Below, piece by piece: positions 23,902 to 37,305 of a stretch of 64,000 bases of DNA. Source of the DNA: Callorhinchus milii (lineage: Eukaryota); contig NW_024704743.1 of NCBI RefSeq assembly GCF_018977255.1, positions 20,648,001-20,712,000 of the forward strand. The letters run 5' to 3'. Made by a program: the position numbers and the translations under genes. The notes below the pieces were generated by a model, which was given only the letters and a program-made list of their open reading frames with translations, had not been told where the DNA came from and made no database searches. Position 1 is the stretch's first letter, and each line of letters opens with the position of its first letter.

Positions 23902-24051
23902 GGGGAAAAGAAGTACTTCTATTAATTACTATTTTTGGCAGTTCAAAAATTAGAATTTTTTCCCCTAGTTTTCTACTTTCTCCCCTCCCATCCCTCTCCA
24001 AAAAATGATTCCTTTAACCCTCTCATCTCTTTTAAAGTCGGGACTCCTTAA
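23902..24051 (+). repeat. local direct duplication, copy 1 (copy 2 at 24718-24869)
   Basis: Shared AAGTACTTCTATTAATTAC, TTTTTGGCAGTT, TTTTCTACTTTCTCCCC, AAAATGATT, CTCTCATCTCTTTTAAAGT, GGACTCCTTAA. Confidence 0.85.
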
Positions 24052-24454
24052 AGGCAATGACACCCTTGGGGCTCACTTGAAGGTAGTGACCCCATAGCCT
24101 ATTCCAGCCACGAAGGAAGTAATCCTTAGACCTTAGCTCTCTCCATTCCTAAGGGAATCGACCCACTCCCTCCTCCCACACTAGGAAACTGTTCCATAGG
24201 ATGCAAGCTCCCCGTCACCCCCATCTTCCAGTCCACTGTACCGCAGGCCTGAAATTCCACCTAGTCAACGTTAATGACAAAGTAGTCCTATAGACTTAAC
24301 ACTGTGCAGAATCGTCTTCAATTCAGTTTTAATTTGGAAGCGGTTTCCTGCAGTTCTTAAAAAGAACTGGCTTCCAAACTACACTTAAGAAGTTTCCACA
24401 ATTCTGCTCCATCTTAAAAACAGTATTAAGACAAAACAGTCTGACTGCGTGGAA

Positions 24455-24700
24455 TCTTGGTCGGGCCATAAGTGTCCATTCGTGAGTCTGGAAAGCAGGT
24501 CTCAGCTATTCAACCACGAAAGACATAATAGCAATCAGAAGCTGTAACCCTGGCCAAGAATTCCCCTTCTGCAACCCAGAGATGCCAAGAGGTCACCTTC
24601 ACCAACCTCGCTGAGATCAGCAAACGCAGCACAGAATACTAATCAAACTTGGAACTTTCCCAGCGTGTACAATTCAGTGCTACTCTGCATTTTTCCTATG
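24455..24700 (-). mobile_element. LF-SINE-like relic
   Basis: GCTGAGATCAGCAAACGCAGCACAGA resembles the LF-SINE hallmark GCTGAGATCAGCTAACTCAGCACAGA (recalled consensus); same motif at 31070 and 41605. Confidence 0.55.
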
Positions 24701-24717
24701 GAGACTCAGGAAATGAA

Positions 24718-24869
24718 GGGGAAAAAAAAGTACTTCTATTAATTACATTTTTGGCAGTTAAAAGATTAGAATTTCCCCCCCCCCATTTTCTACTTTCTCC
24801 CCACCCCTCCCCCTTCCACAAAATGATTACTTTAGCTCTCTCATCTCTTTTAAAGTATGGACTCCTTAA
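24718..24869 (+). repeat. local direct duplication, copy 2
   Basis: See 23902-24051. Confidence 0.85.
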
Positions 24870-25157
24870 CTTTAAAGAAGCTGAAAGCATCTGACTGGGC
24901 ATTAACAGGACACCTCTAAGAGTCTGAATCTCTCTGAAATCAGATAAATGACAGCAAAAGCGATGTAGTGGACAGGTATTACTTTGAAGACTAAATTCAA
25001 GCAGGCAGCCATTGCAGAAATTACCCCGGGAGAATTTGCTTAAATGTATACAATGGTGAAGTCTCCAATAATTTATTTGAGAGTTTTGCTTTAGTCAACA
25101 TTTTATGGAACACTATTTTGAATTATGCAGGATCATGTATAATAATAAATAATTATA

Positions 25158-25810
25158 GGAAGGTTGTGGGTTCAAGCCATACATCAGGACTTGGAACTTG
25201 TATACTGTAGTCTAAACTGACACTCCAATGCAGTGCTGGGGGTGTGCTGCATTGTTCGAGGTAATGTCCTTTGAATGAAACGTTAAATATTTTCTCCACA
25301 TGCCTGATAATAATCGCTCAAGAAAAAAACCAATAATAATTTGGTCACTCAATCCACAACTGCTTGTGGGACACTGCTGTGTGCAATTGGCTGCCGCGTT
25401 TCGCTCACAAAATACACAGTTAATTCACTTTACAGTATATTCTGTTAAGCGCTTTGAGATGCCTAGAAGACAAGAAAAGCGCTATATCAAATGCAAGGAT
25501 TATTATTATTATTACTATAATAAACTGCCTATTTAAGGGGACATGAGTGACTATTTGAAAAGTGAAGGCGGTTTCTCCCAGTGTCCTGGCCAACAACCCC
25601 CCCAAATAAAATTGGTCATTCACAAAACACACAGTCACTCTACTTTACAGTACATCTTGTGAAGTGCTTTGGGACATCCAATTGGCTGTCGTATTTTGCC
25701 CACAAAATATAGTCAATTCGCTTTACACGTGAATTGACTGTGAAGCGCTTTGAGAAGTCTTAACAATGTGATAATGCGCAATATCAAATGCAAGGATTAT
25801 TATTATTATA
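25158..25810 (+). mobile_element. SINE cluster: Deu-SINE pieces with a 5'-truncated tRNA-SINE (about 25293-25520) nested inside
   Basis: Deu-SINE head at 25160-25290 and body resuming near 25560 (GTGTCCTGGCCAAC); the intervening SINE ends in (ATT)n. Confidence 0.75.
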
Positions 25811-27755
25811 TTATCCTCCAGACGTGAAAGGAGGATAATATAATAATCTATTTTATACAAAATGTAGGATAATTATGTATTATTATTGTTAAACACTCAG
25901 TGTGTACTCACATTCATAATTACACAGAGTCCAAAGAACAGTGAGCTTTGTAACCAATAAGCTACCAGCACCTTTAAACAGAAGTTCACATCACAGCCTA
26001 CATATTAAAAAAAACCTTCACTTGGAAGCAATTAAAATTAGCATTAAAACCCCATCTTCTATCTGCACATGTCAAGGGATTTAGAATATTAAATGAAAGG
26101 GACAGAGATTAAGCAAAGTTATTACCACCGAAAAAGAGGGTTTGTTTAGAGGAAGTACTGTAAGAAGAATATAAAACTACTACTAGATACTTTTATTCTG
26201 TAAAGCAAGTGTCCAAAACAGAATTAAATTGATCGACTTGCAATTTTGTCTGGAAAAGATATTTTTCAGGTGTTGTTATTTTCACAATGGAGTTGAACTT
26301 AATAACTTAATACGGATACAGCTACTTGGCAACGCTAACACTCGAAAAAAAGAGCAGTCTCCAATCATTATGGAACGATTCCATCATTTAAACAAACCAT
26401 TTGCCTTCGGATCACTGTCCAAAGGGCCATTTAAAAACAGATCACGGAGGAGTCCCATTAATTTATTACTGGAAAGGTCAAGCAGCCAGCACAACACTGA
26501 TGGCCAAACAGAATTAAAATGTTTACGTGTTACTCATCAGTCTGGCGCGGATTATTGGTGCAAACACTGCAACACTCCACTAAAACCAAAGGGGAGTGGT
26601 GGGGGGGAAGAAGGTCTGGAGAGGGGACAAAAAGCATGTAGACACCACAGTTACATTATTTCTAGAAAACAGGCCCTCTCCCTTTTTTGCTCTCTCTTCC
26701 TCCCTCACCATACAGGCATGTTCTGTCATTGAACAAATGTTAAAGCAAAAACAATTGTGCATTTTTGTTGCCTGTTAAAGCCCAGTATATCCAGTTTCTA
26801 GATATACTGCAGCAATATAATGGCCTGCACAATTCAAGTTCTCCAACCAAACTTTCCCAAATTGAGCATGATGCATCTGCAAGTCGCAAGTGAACAACAA
26901 TTCAAATTACAATTTATATTTATATAGAGCCTTTCACATCAAAGCGCTTGATAATTCCAGCTAGGCACCAGAGCAGATTGGGCGTGGGAGGGGTGAGAAG
27001 GGGAAAGGTGACTGAAAGCACAGTCAAAGCAATACGTTTTGAGACATGTCTTGAAAGAAGGAAGGGAGCAAGTAAGAGTGGCCTGGAATGGAGATTGAGA
27101 GGGCGGGCGCTAAGTGGTTAAGAAGACTGGTTAAAATCTCTTATGATTTACAAGTGCATATTAACCTTCAAATTGGAGAAATAACCAAAATACAGCCTCT
27201 GAGTTTGCCTCGTGGAAACAATAAATGAACAGGGAAGATAAAGGAAATCTGTGCTGGCAGTAACTTGAAGCATATTCCCATTCCCAAAATATTTTTGGCA
27301 TCAACCAACCTCAGAAGGCCTGGAAAATTAATCACAAAAATATTCACAATAATCTATCACTGAGTCATCAGCCACTGCGGTAGCCATCATTCTGTTTTTT
27401 GTCAGGATTGTTTACTGGGAAATGCTTTATTAGGAATTACAATCTGTGCAAAGAACAATGTTCGTGTATTTTATCACTGATCAGTTTAATTACTATACGT
27501 TGTAATCTGCACAGTATATGTATCTGAATCTCAAGTGCACTGGAAATTGTACTTTGCTGACTATTGTTGCCCCTCTACAACAAAACGTTCATCAGCAAAG
27601 TTACTGTCCTGTTCACCGCGATTACGACTAGTTAAATTGGTGTACATCTGTCCCAGGGTCTGTTGGGCTTTTAAACATACTTTGTTTGTAAAGATAATTT
27701 AATGTAGTTAAGGCTAAATTAAGATCCTATTAATCAATTGATCTTAATATATTGT

Positions 27756-28007
27756 GGAGTCCTGCAGCTCAGTGGTGAGAGCACTCGCCTCGCAAGCGAG
27801 AGACTTGGGTTCGATTCCTGGCAGGGCAAAACCTTGGGCAAGTTTCCTTACTCCACACGCCTGATAATAATCCTTCAAAAGAAAACAATAATAATTTGGT
27901 CGCTTCGCCCACAAATCCACAGTCATTTCACTTAATAGTTTATTCTGTGAAGCGTTTTGAGACGTCTAGAAGATACTATATCAAATGCAAGGATTATTAT
28001 TATTATA
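27756..28007 (+). mobile_element. tRNA-derived SINE with internal deletion
   Basis: GGAGTCCTGCAGCTCAGTGG head; the TTTGTGGGACA..GCAATTGG block is missing; (ATT)n tail. Confidence 0.9.
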
Positions 28008-28512
28008 CAGATCTGGATCTGATTTTTTTTAAAAAAGAGCAGCGGGCATCACCATAAGGTTGATGGACCAAATGATCTTGTGCTTTGCTGTAATTTCCAT
28101 TATATTTATATCTATGATTATTAAATCACTTCAGTAAACTTCTGTTTCCATCTCTTTGTTCTTTGCTCCTCTACAACAAAACCGTTTCATCAGCAAAGTT
28201 ATTGTCCTGTTCAACAATCAGCATAAATTGAAACTTAATTTTCCTGTTATGACTTTGATAGTCAGAACCTCCACAATTTTCTTCATTTGTTTATAAACAA
28301 AAACGGGATCAAATTCTGCTAACTTCACTGGGTTTGAGGTGCCAATGGTCACCGAACTCAGTCTGATATTTTTTCCTTTCTCTCCTCTCCCCACTTAGTC
28401 ACCAACTGAACTGAAGCCTAGCCAGCAAATTTGTCATACACTATTTACATTAGCAGAAATTTATTTGGAGATTACAAGGGCAATTTGCTGTTGACCCTAC
28501 GGTCAACTATAA

Positions 28513-28852
28513 CAGCATGGTCCAACAGGCAGCCCGCGGGCGGCATCCAGACTAAGTTGCTAAGGACACGGTTGGTAAGAGATGCGCTTGCCTTCCTGAC
28601 AGACCTGCAGTAAAGGCCGGTATTATTTCCACTCTCCCAACTGCCGACTCCTGCTGCTGCTCTGGGAGGACGTTCACCAGAGAGGGAGAGCGCGGAAGTT
28701 GGAATGTTGGAAATGGTTGCGGGACAGATAAAATCACTGTCGGGCCGGATGTGGCCCTCGGGCCGCCAGCTAGGCCCACGCTGGATGTGGCCCTTGGACC
28801 TTTGTCAAATAGGGAATCTGACCCCTGGCAGCCAAAGGATTGGACCATCCTG
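28513..28852. mobile_element. non-autonomous hAT (Charlie/MER58-like) DNA transposon, 340 bp
   Basis: TIRs CAGCATGGTCCAA / TTGGACCATCCTG (12/13 match); perfect 8-bp TSD AACTATAA (28505-28512 and 28853-28860); subterminal GCCCGCGGGC and GTGGCCCTCGGGCC motifs. Confidence 0.88.
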
Positions 28853-30054
28853 AACTATAATAAGTTAATACTGCAGAATGACCAATTATTCTTTCGTTCT
28901 GTTAACTTTGTAAACTAAATCTCCAAAAAAGGTCAATTTCCGAGAATGTTCATTCTGCTTGCTGTTATGTGGCACCCAACTACAGTATTAAAATGTGATA
29001 GTGTCCACCAAGTCTACACGTCAGCAACAAACTTACTGACAGAACAGAATCAATATCGTAATAATGAGATTACAATGTTACTGCAAAACCTTACTCTATT
29101 TTCGCAACATTTCAGAGCGTGCTGCAACATTTGGCAAATTGTTGAATTCAGTCTTAACTTTTAATTCAGTTTGCAGAACTGTAGTAAGAAACTTTGCAGA
29201 AAACCTCGATCGAGGAGAGGGGAGAGCGGAAACATGGACAAGCCTCAGTTAAACCTCAATCAGCACATTAAACTTCACACGTGGCAAATTGTTAAATCAA
29301 TACCATAATATTAGAAGGCACTGTACTTTCAAACTCCAAAGTGTCATAGTTGCAGAAAATTCAACAAGCAATCAATTACAAGGATATCCCAAATAGTGTC
29401 CATTACAGACAAACACAAATACTTATTGAAAAGCAGGGCAATAAAGTAGCGAGTCTTTACTGGCCTCACTTAAAAAGTAAATTTCTCACAAACACAGTGA
29501 AGCAATCAATGGACTACTCAGCCTCATATAACAAAACATGACACTGCATCAATGCATAACCTTTTCAGTTGCAATATGCCAAAAGGGGAATCTGCAGCTC
29601 AATGGGAACTTTAATGCAGAATGGTGGCATTGGCAAGGGCAGGACAATGAAAAAGCTATGTCCCTGAGCTAAATATAGTGTACATTTCCTGTGTACTGCC
29701 AACGCTATCACACTCCAGCTGTCTGCTAACTTTATTGCTTGAATGTTCTACCCCCCACCCCCCCCAATCCCTTGCTTTTAAGAAAAAGGAAAACTATAAA
29801 AATGCAGGTTGACAAGGTCACACAATGCAAATGCTTCAAATTAAACAGGAAATCCACTTAATAGGCTCACATTTGCCAGAACTAGAGTAAACAAACCGAT
29901 GTGTCCAATGCTGAAAAGTGTAGTGGAAGAGCTGTAACATTTCTTTAAAAAGTTATCCTCAAAATAACCTGTTTTTTTCTTTTCTCTAGTTGCATTTTTG
30001 AACAAAACTCTCTGAATCCCTCGGCTGATTCTTTTTTTGGTCTACCAGGTTTCT

Positions 30055-30370
30055 GACACATGCGGAAATTCATTAATATGCTTAAAAGTATCCAAACCAG
30101 CTAGCCCCCCCCTTACCAGTTAGGACTTTAGCTTGCTGGGTTACCAGGAGCTAAGTAAGAGGATCCCCTACAGCCAGTGACTTGTCTGCTTTTCCAAGTC
30201 CTGCTGATGAGCCAGGCTGGTTGGGTTGTTATCATCAGTGCCGTAGAATACCGTGGATTTATCTGGCTCAAGAACTGGGCTACCGAGTCTGCCAGAGGGT
30301 TGGCTCCCGAGTCTGCCAGAGGGTTGGCTCAATTCTGACAGTCCACTGCCAAACATGTCACCTTGTCAGT
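30055..30370 (-). repeat. family X copy, internally deleted, with a 24-bp tandem duplication
   Basis: Matches 54930-54972 (ATGCGGAAAT..ATGCTTAAAAGTATCCAAACC) and then 55235-55460; CCGAGTCTGCCAGAGGGTTGGCTC occurs twice. Confidence 0.8.
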
Positions 30371-31064
30371 TGCTTATCATAAATTTTACACCATTTGGTA
30401 AACAGGGTAATTGTTGTCATATGTGGAGCGATACAGTTGCTTTATTCTGTTGAGGTGAGGGTAAAGAGAAATCACACAGAAAAGGGAAATAAGAAAATGT
30501 GCACGAGAGAGAAACTCTGCAATCCTGCAATATTGTACAACTAATAAATTCATGGCAATTTATTCATTTTAAATTTCCAAAAGCATATAGACAATATTAT
30601 AAGTTGTACATATATCCCCAACTCTGATAAAGTGGAAAAATATTATTTACTACACGTCCTCTCTAGCTTAATATCTTTATTGCAATCTCATCTACATTAC
30701 ATCACCTGTACTAATTGTACAATATATTAACTTTTTTAAAAAAAAGTATGATAAAGAACAAACAGCTGAGAGCATGGCTTGTGCAGGGTTAGGCTTGGGA
30801 AGGCAGGAACATTCTGCATTCCCCTCCCGCTCAATCCCACCACTCATACTGGCTACATTACGTCAGCTTCAAGGAGCAATATTTCAAGAGCCACACAAAA
30901 AAACTTGCGTCTATATAGTGCCCCTCACGCAGGGCAGTGTCCCAGAGCTCTTAAGGGCACATTGCTCTGCCATCTTTCTTTAGAATAATACTACAAAAGA
31001 ATGTTAAGGTTTACCTTTGCTCTGAGCCAAGAATAATACGTTAACAGTGGTGATCTCAGCACAT

Positions 31065-31175
31065 CTCCAGCTGAGATCAACTAACTCAGCACAGACTGGC
31101 GCTCATGAGCTCCCTGGTCTAGGCCGCTAAGAACCACATTTCTCAGTGCACCAACCCACTGAAACATCAAGGGAG
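31065..31175 (-). mobile_element. LF-SINE-like head fragment
   Basis: CAGCTGAGATCAACTAACTCAGCACAGACTGG...CCCTGGTCT. Confidence 0.6.
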
Positions 31176-34100
31176 TTCTGGGATACCTCAGCTTTATTAT
31201 GATAAAATGTTTCTGTACAGTAAACTAATTATATTGCCCTGCGATAAAGTTAAAATGCTGACAAAGTTCCAACCACAGGGAGTATGCGGTGTAGGAACAA
31301 TTAGGTCATTGGCACAGTCATGTTTACATAGAAGGAAGGTATTGAAAGAAATAGTACTCTCCAAGCTCCATTCCCCACTACACACCGGACAATCCATTAT
31401 CAGATTCTCCCCTACAGGTCGAGCACCAGTTTCATAACAATAGATATCGAGCTGCTCGGCCTGAGTAAAATCGCTCTATAACTGGGAATAATTTGAGTGA
31501 GTTCATAGAGTATGGGTACACCATCTTAATTAGCATGAAAATTACTCAACGCACAAAGGCAGTGGAGAGAGGGATGCCCCAAGGGGTGTGTGTAGTACTC
31601 TCCCTTGTGCAGTATTCCATTAGCATAAATAATTTGTACTTTGTTAAGGGGATAAGAATATCAAACCTAGCATTTACCACAAAATTAGGAATAATGGGAA
31701 ACTAATAATAATGCTTACATTTGATATAGTGCTTTTCACGTCAGAAAGGCACCTCAAAGCACTTCACTGAATTCTATTGTGAAGTTTACTTACTGTGTAT
31801 TTTGTAGGCGAACATGAAATTGGATATACGTGTAGAATAAAGCTCCAAAATATGTGGGAAGAACATCAATGGCATGGGACTGTAATGGATATCTTCATTA
31901 GGGAAAACATTTATGATTATTTAACTGGTCTCTATATCTCTATTGAATGACCTCAGCTGTCCCTTTCGTGGTCACAAAATATACAGTCAATTCACTTTAC
32001 AGTATATTCTGTGATGCACTTTGAGACGTCTCAAAGATGTAATAAGACGCAGTATTAAATGCAAGATTATTCTTATTACAAATTTCAGATGCACCCAGCT
32101 TCACTCCTTCTGAGCCTATCTGCAGCATGCACCATTTACTTAGGTGCAAACAAATAAGCTCACACCACCTTGGGTTGATAATAGAAGACCGGGAAATCAT
32201 TTTTAAGTCTCCCCGAAATAAGGACAGAAATGTAACAATCACACCAGCTTCTTTTACAAAATCTAAGCAAATCTTATAAACTGAGGTATATTTTAAGCAG
32301 ATATACTGTTTATATACACATGCACAAGCACCAAAGTCAAACTAAAAGAATTAAACACAATAGAAAAAAGGAAGATTACGGGTAATCTGTTTTGCCTTAT
32401 AATCGGTCCTTTTCTTCACAGTAAAGAAAGAAACAAACTCTGCTGCAGTTCTGATGTTTCCTCCTCAGTCTCGCCAGATAAACTATTTTTAGGGATCTCT
32501 CACACTCGGCCAAAGCCTTTGAATTTAAAAAATCATTGATCGAGTTTCAGGGAAGCCTCATTCAATTCAAGATATGAAAGAACTTGACCTTTGAGAACAT
32601 CTTCATCCAAACACATTCACACCCAAGCACTAGTACTTTGGAATATAAGTTTCCAAGCTTCTCCCAGACATACTAGAACCACTACTGTTGAGAGCTGGAG
32701 ATTTGTTTTGGTCACACAACAGCTTCACATCTGTTAATTTAAAATTTTGTCACAGTAGTAATAATTACATAGGACTGTACAACACTGAAACAGGCCATTC
32801 GGCCCAACTAGTCCGTGCCAGTGTTAACACTCCATTTGAGCATTCCCCTACCACCCTTCTTAATCTCCTCTACAATAAACCCACTATTCTTCATGAACAA
32901 TGAAGAAATCCGAATTTTAAGGCAAAAAATGGCAAATAGGAAACAAAGAACAAGTAATCCACAGAAATAAGTAAAAGAGAATCAAATTATCAAATTAAGA
33001 TAGAAACTTGTGAAAGAAATGTAGGGAGACTCTAACTTCACAAACCCAACTTTATTTAGCAATAGCAGAATTTCAGTTACTCTTGATATTGGACTCCCAA
33101 CGTGAAATGTAAATGTGTTGTTGTTGAAGGACTGCAAATATAATCTGAGAACCTGTGACAACTAAACAGATTGGCAGGTGGTGTAAAATTCCCACTGGGA
33201 GTACCCACTGGGAGACCACAATTCTGTACCTGCTGATTAAGATTCACATGCATTGAAGAATGAATTGAGTACTTATTTGTTCTTAAAAGGTACGCAAATG
33301 TCATATACAGCTATATTCCAGAAATAAGAAAACACAGGATAGATCTAACAAAAGTCGCCCACTCCAGACAAACAATCCTGAAATTTCACCACCCCCTCAC
33401 TCTGGAGTCAAAATTGATTTGGTATCTGATTTCTCAGTGGGATTTTGCCAATTAAAGTACAACATGCATTATAGGCACACCATTCAGTTGGAATCACTAA
33501 AGTGAAACAAATGCAGTGCAGGTTATATTTTAGCACTTTCAGGTCAGAATTCCATTGGAAATCTTTCAGATTCATGAAGGACAACAAATAGGATCTAACA
33601 GTTCATCTACTGTAGCCATTTGGCGAGAATCCAACTTTTTTTATGGATCATTTCCTCACAGCACTAATTAAAACAGCAGTTCACCGATATTTTCCCACAT
33701 CCAGCACATAGCTAAATCAGGAGTCCACTTTAAAAAGGTTTGAATTGCTTGATCCGACAAAACTAAGTGTTCTTAATATGCAATCAGAAACATTAAAAAT
33801 CAGGTTTCTAAATTAAATATCTTTTGTCTGTCTACAATCCAATAAGGAATAGTCTCACATTCATGGTTTTAGAATGAGGCTTATTGCTTATACCACTGAA
33901 AGATTTCCAAACCCAGCCGATTTCAACAAATTGAAGTTGAATCATTTCTGAAGAGAAGCAACAACTGCAAACTGTTTTTCATTTTGAACAATTGATGGTT
34001 AACATTTCCATTTATGCTTGTGCACAATGCTTTTACTTTTTGTCCCACGCAGAATAACATTTCACTGGGGGACTAAATAACCACATCTCACCTCGCAATT

Positions 34101-34383
34101 TTCATCACATGGTGTTGTAACACTGTGAGTATTTACTTTGCAATAGCTGCAGGAGATCTGAACCCAAATAGCAAAACAGGGGATCGTTGCACAAGAAATG
34201 AGCCATGAACAGCAAAATGCAACAACTCTGCATTTATTATGAACTAATAATTTTATCATATATTGATTTTTCAATGCTACAAAAAAAATCAGGACCCAGA
34301 AATACAGTGCTTTATAAAACCAGTCTAACATTATTTGCTTACTTAATCAACTAATCCTCCTCAATTGCATTAGCTCTTCAACA

Positions 34384-34710
34384 TAATAATCCTTGCATTT
34401 GATATAGCGCCTTATCACGTTTTCGAGATATCTCAAAGTGCATCACAGAATATACTGTAAAGTGAATTGACTGCATATTTTGTGGGCGAAACACGGCAAC
34501 CAACTGCGTACAGCAGTGTCCTACAAACAGTCGTGGATTGAGTGATCACTTTATTTTTTTTAAGGTATTATTACCCCCGGAAAAGTGATCCACCAATCGA
34601 CTAACTGTGTTTCTACTTATTGCTAGGTAAACAGAGGCGTGTGGAATAAGGAAACTTGCCCAATGTTTCGCCCTGCCGGGAATCAAACCCAAGTCCCTCG
34701 TTTGCGACAC
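34384..34710 (-). mobile_element. tRNA-derived SINE, long variant
   Basis: Reverse-complement tail TAATAATCCTTGCATTTGATATAGCGCC; long-variant insert TGCTAGGTAAACAGAGGCGTGTGG; B-box region GAATCAAACCC. Confidence 0.9.
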
Positions 34711-35987
34711 AAAAGGTGCTATACAAATGTAATTTTGCCGTTTGTTGTAATTGTATAAATTGCACATATTTCAGAGTGTGTCAACTGAAGCCCATCATTG
34801 TATTGTTGCCTTGTAATTCTCTGCTGTGCACTTCTTAGGTTATGGTAGTCATACTGGAGCAGTCTGTGGGTCTGCCTTCCTTTCCGTAACCCAACTGGCT
34901 GCTGACTGCTAGTTATTGGTGATTGAAGCCAGAGGTCTTCAGTCTGCCAACAAAGTTCAAATAGTTTCCTCCATCTCATCAATTAAAAGGTCACACTATT
35001 CCATACAGGTGCTCTATTAATGGGGAATTATGGTAAGCTTATACTTTGTGCGTACAAAGCCATACATTTTAACTAACAATGGGCAAGCCTAAATGTAGCA
35101 ATGAACATGATATAATGGTCTGGGTGTGAGAGAGGAAGCAGTATTTACACCCTTCAGGCCTGCAACAATTCTGTAATAGAGTAATTAAATCAGGAAGTAG
35201 ACAGATGTTGTGCAAAATTGCAGTTGATAATTATTTGATTACAGAACTGTACAAGACCCACAACATAAATCTTGAGGAAAAACCCAAGTGTACCTTAAGT
35301 CTACCAATTTACTGATACAAAACAATCAATATCTTATTTGAAAGGAGCTCTTCGAAGATGTCCAAAAAAAACTACATGACCAGGTGATTTCTAAGAAGCA
35401 GAAACATTTCCCATGTAAATTTTAAAGAGTTAATTTGGTTTTATTTTGATTAGTTATCTCTTAGACAATAAGTCTTTGCATTTGATATAGTGCCTTTCAC
35501 TTTGGGGGGGAATGTCGCACCGTGCTTCACAGGAGTTTAGTGACTGTATATTTTGTAGCCAAAAGCTGCAGCCAATTTGTGCACAGCAATGTTACGCACA
35601 GCAAGATAGCATCGACTCAGAACCAATGAGCAATCTCATTGGGTACTGGGACCTGTTTTGGACATACAGGTACATACTTGATACATACATAAACATTTTA
35701 CAGTAAAAACATTCACATTCTTTAATAATATTAATGAAAGATTAGCAACTGGAGAAATTTATCAGCTGGAGAACATTTTCCATTCATGTTGAGAAAAGGG
35801 AACATTGACTTAACACTGAACAGTCTCCACACTTCAGAAGCACCTAATATTTCAAGTAATTAGCAAATGTTAATTTCAAAGGTCATTTCTTCCTCTCCAC
35901 TTAAAAACTATGCTGGATAAGAAATAATGTCCTTTGAAAATTGGACCAAACAGACCAAGTTCCGAAGAATGTGACAGAAAGTATACA

Positions 35988-36215
35988 TAATAATAATGGT
36001 TGCATTTGATATAGCGCTTTATCACGTCTTCGAGATAATAATAATAATCCTTGCATTTTGATATAGCACTTTTCACGTCGGGAGGACGTCCCAAAGCGCT
36101 TCACAGAACACACTGTAAAGTGAATTGACTGTATATTTGTGGGCGAAATGCAGCAGCCAATTGTGCACAGCAGTGTCCCACAAACAGTCGTGGATTGAAG
36201 TGACCAATTTATTAA
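35988..36215 (-). mobile_element. 5'-truncated tRNA-SINE plus a second tail remnant
   Basis: Two tandem TGCATTTGATATAGC tails, followed by the SINE body in reverse. Confidence 0.85.
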
Positions 36216-36559
36216 TATTATTTACATGCAAACATTATGCAAACAAACAAACCTGATATTTTACAAATTTATACAAATCTGGTATTTTAAAACAACTCAA
36301 ATATAAATAGCATAATTATTATATGCTCGCAAAATACTCATTTGAAATGAAAATAGTAACCACAACTAAACCAAAATCAAATATAATCTCATAAAGTGAA
36401 TATCTAAACAAATAACGATTGGAGTGGTTGCAAAAAAAAACTGCAGCGTTTACAAGGTCAGATCAAAAAACCTTAAGAGGACATACAGCATGCTGATCAG
36501 AAAAGATATCCAAGGTCTTTCTGGATCATTCTATAAAACCGCCAGCCCAGGGCTGGAGT

Positions 36560-37130
36560 TTGGGGGCAAACAAACTACTGGAATGCATTGGGAACTAATT
36601 ACAGTACATACCAAAGAGAGGCCTTATTCTTACTGTATAAGGCCATAGCCAGACTCTGTCTGGAGTAGCATATGCAATTCTGGTCTGGAAGATAATTATT
36701 CCCTTTGGTGGTAGAGAGGAGCACAACAAGGGTGATTCCAGATACTCGACCGGTTATTTAAGTTATGAGGCAAGGTGAAAACAACTGGTTTGGTTTTAGA
36801 AAAGAGGCAACTTTACGGCTATGGAGGGAGATTGACAATGCTCACTGCAGGCAAATTGTTCATGATAGCAAATCGTTCAAGTACTAGGAATACAGGTTAA
36901 AAATTAGGAGGAAGGAGGGAAGCCTGACAAAACAGACATAGAATAAATCAGCAGGAAAGACAACTGAGGCAGGCAGTACTAGGTAAATGGATTCAAGAAG
37001 CAACCTAAACGTATATATGCAGAGAGAGAGAAAAAAAGGGAGATTGAGGAACATGTTAAGTAGCTAAATGGAGCTGAGAATTAAAAATTGGCTCATTTGG
37101 CCTAATGGCATCTTCCTGCAAAGGTTCTTA
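36560..37130 (+). mobile_element. ancient CR1 3' fragment
   Basis: CTGTATAAGGCC..AGCCAGAC..TCTGGAGTA..ATGCAATTCTGGTC is a decayed 'LYKALVRPHLEY.VQFW' motif. Confidence 0.6.
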
Positions 37131-37305
37131 TGGTATTAATTGCTCACTTCATACTGACTCGTTACAGAACATTGGCAGAGGAGAGGAAAGCGATTTCTAG
37201 CTCTCACAGTCTGCTTCCTGGAGCACACGTATTCAAAAATGACTAATTCAGCTGAGTTTCATTGCCAATTAATAGCAAAGTATGTATTCCACAGATTGCT
37301 GTGTG

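Noticed and set aside
30204..30238. CTGATGA motif in family X as a hammerhead ribozyme
   Set aside because: No GAAA follows a stem II; the motif simply pairs with a downstream TCATCAG.
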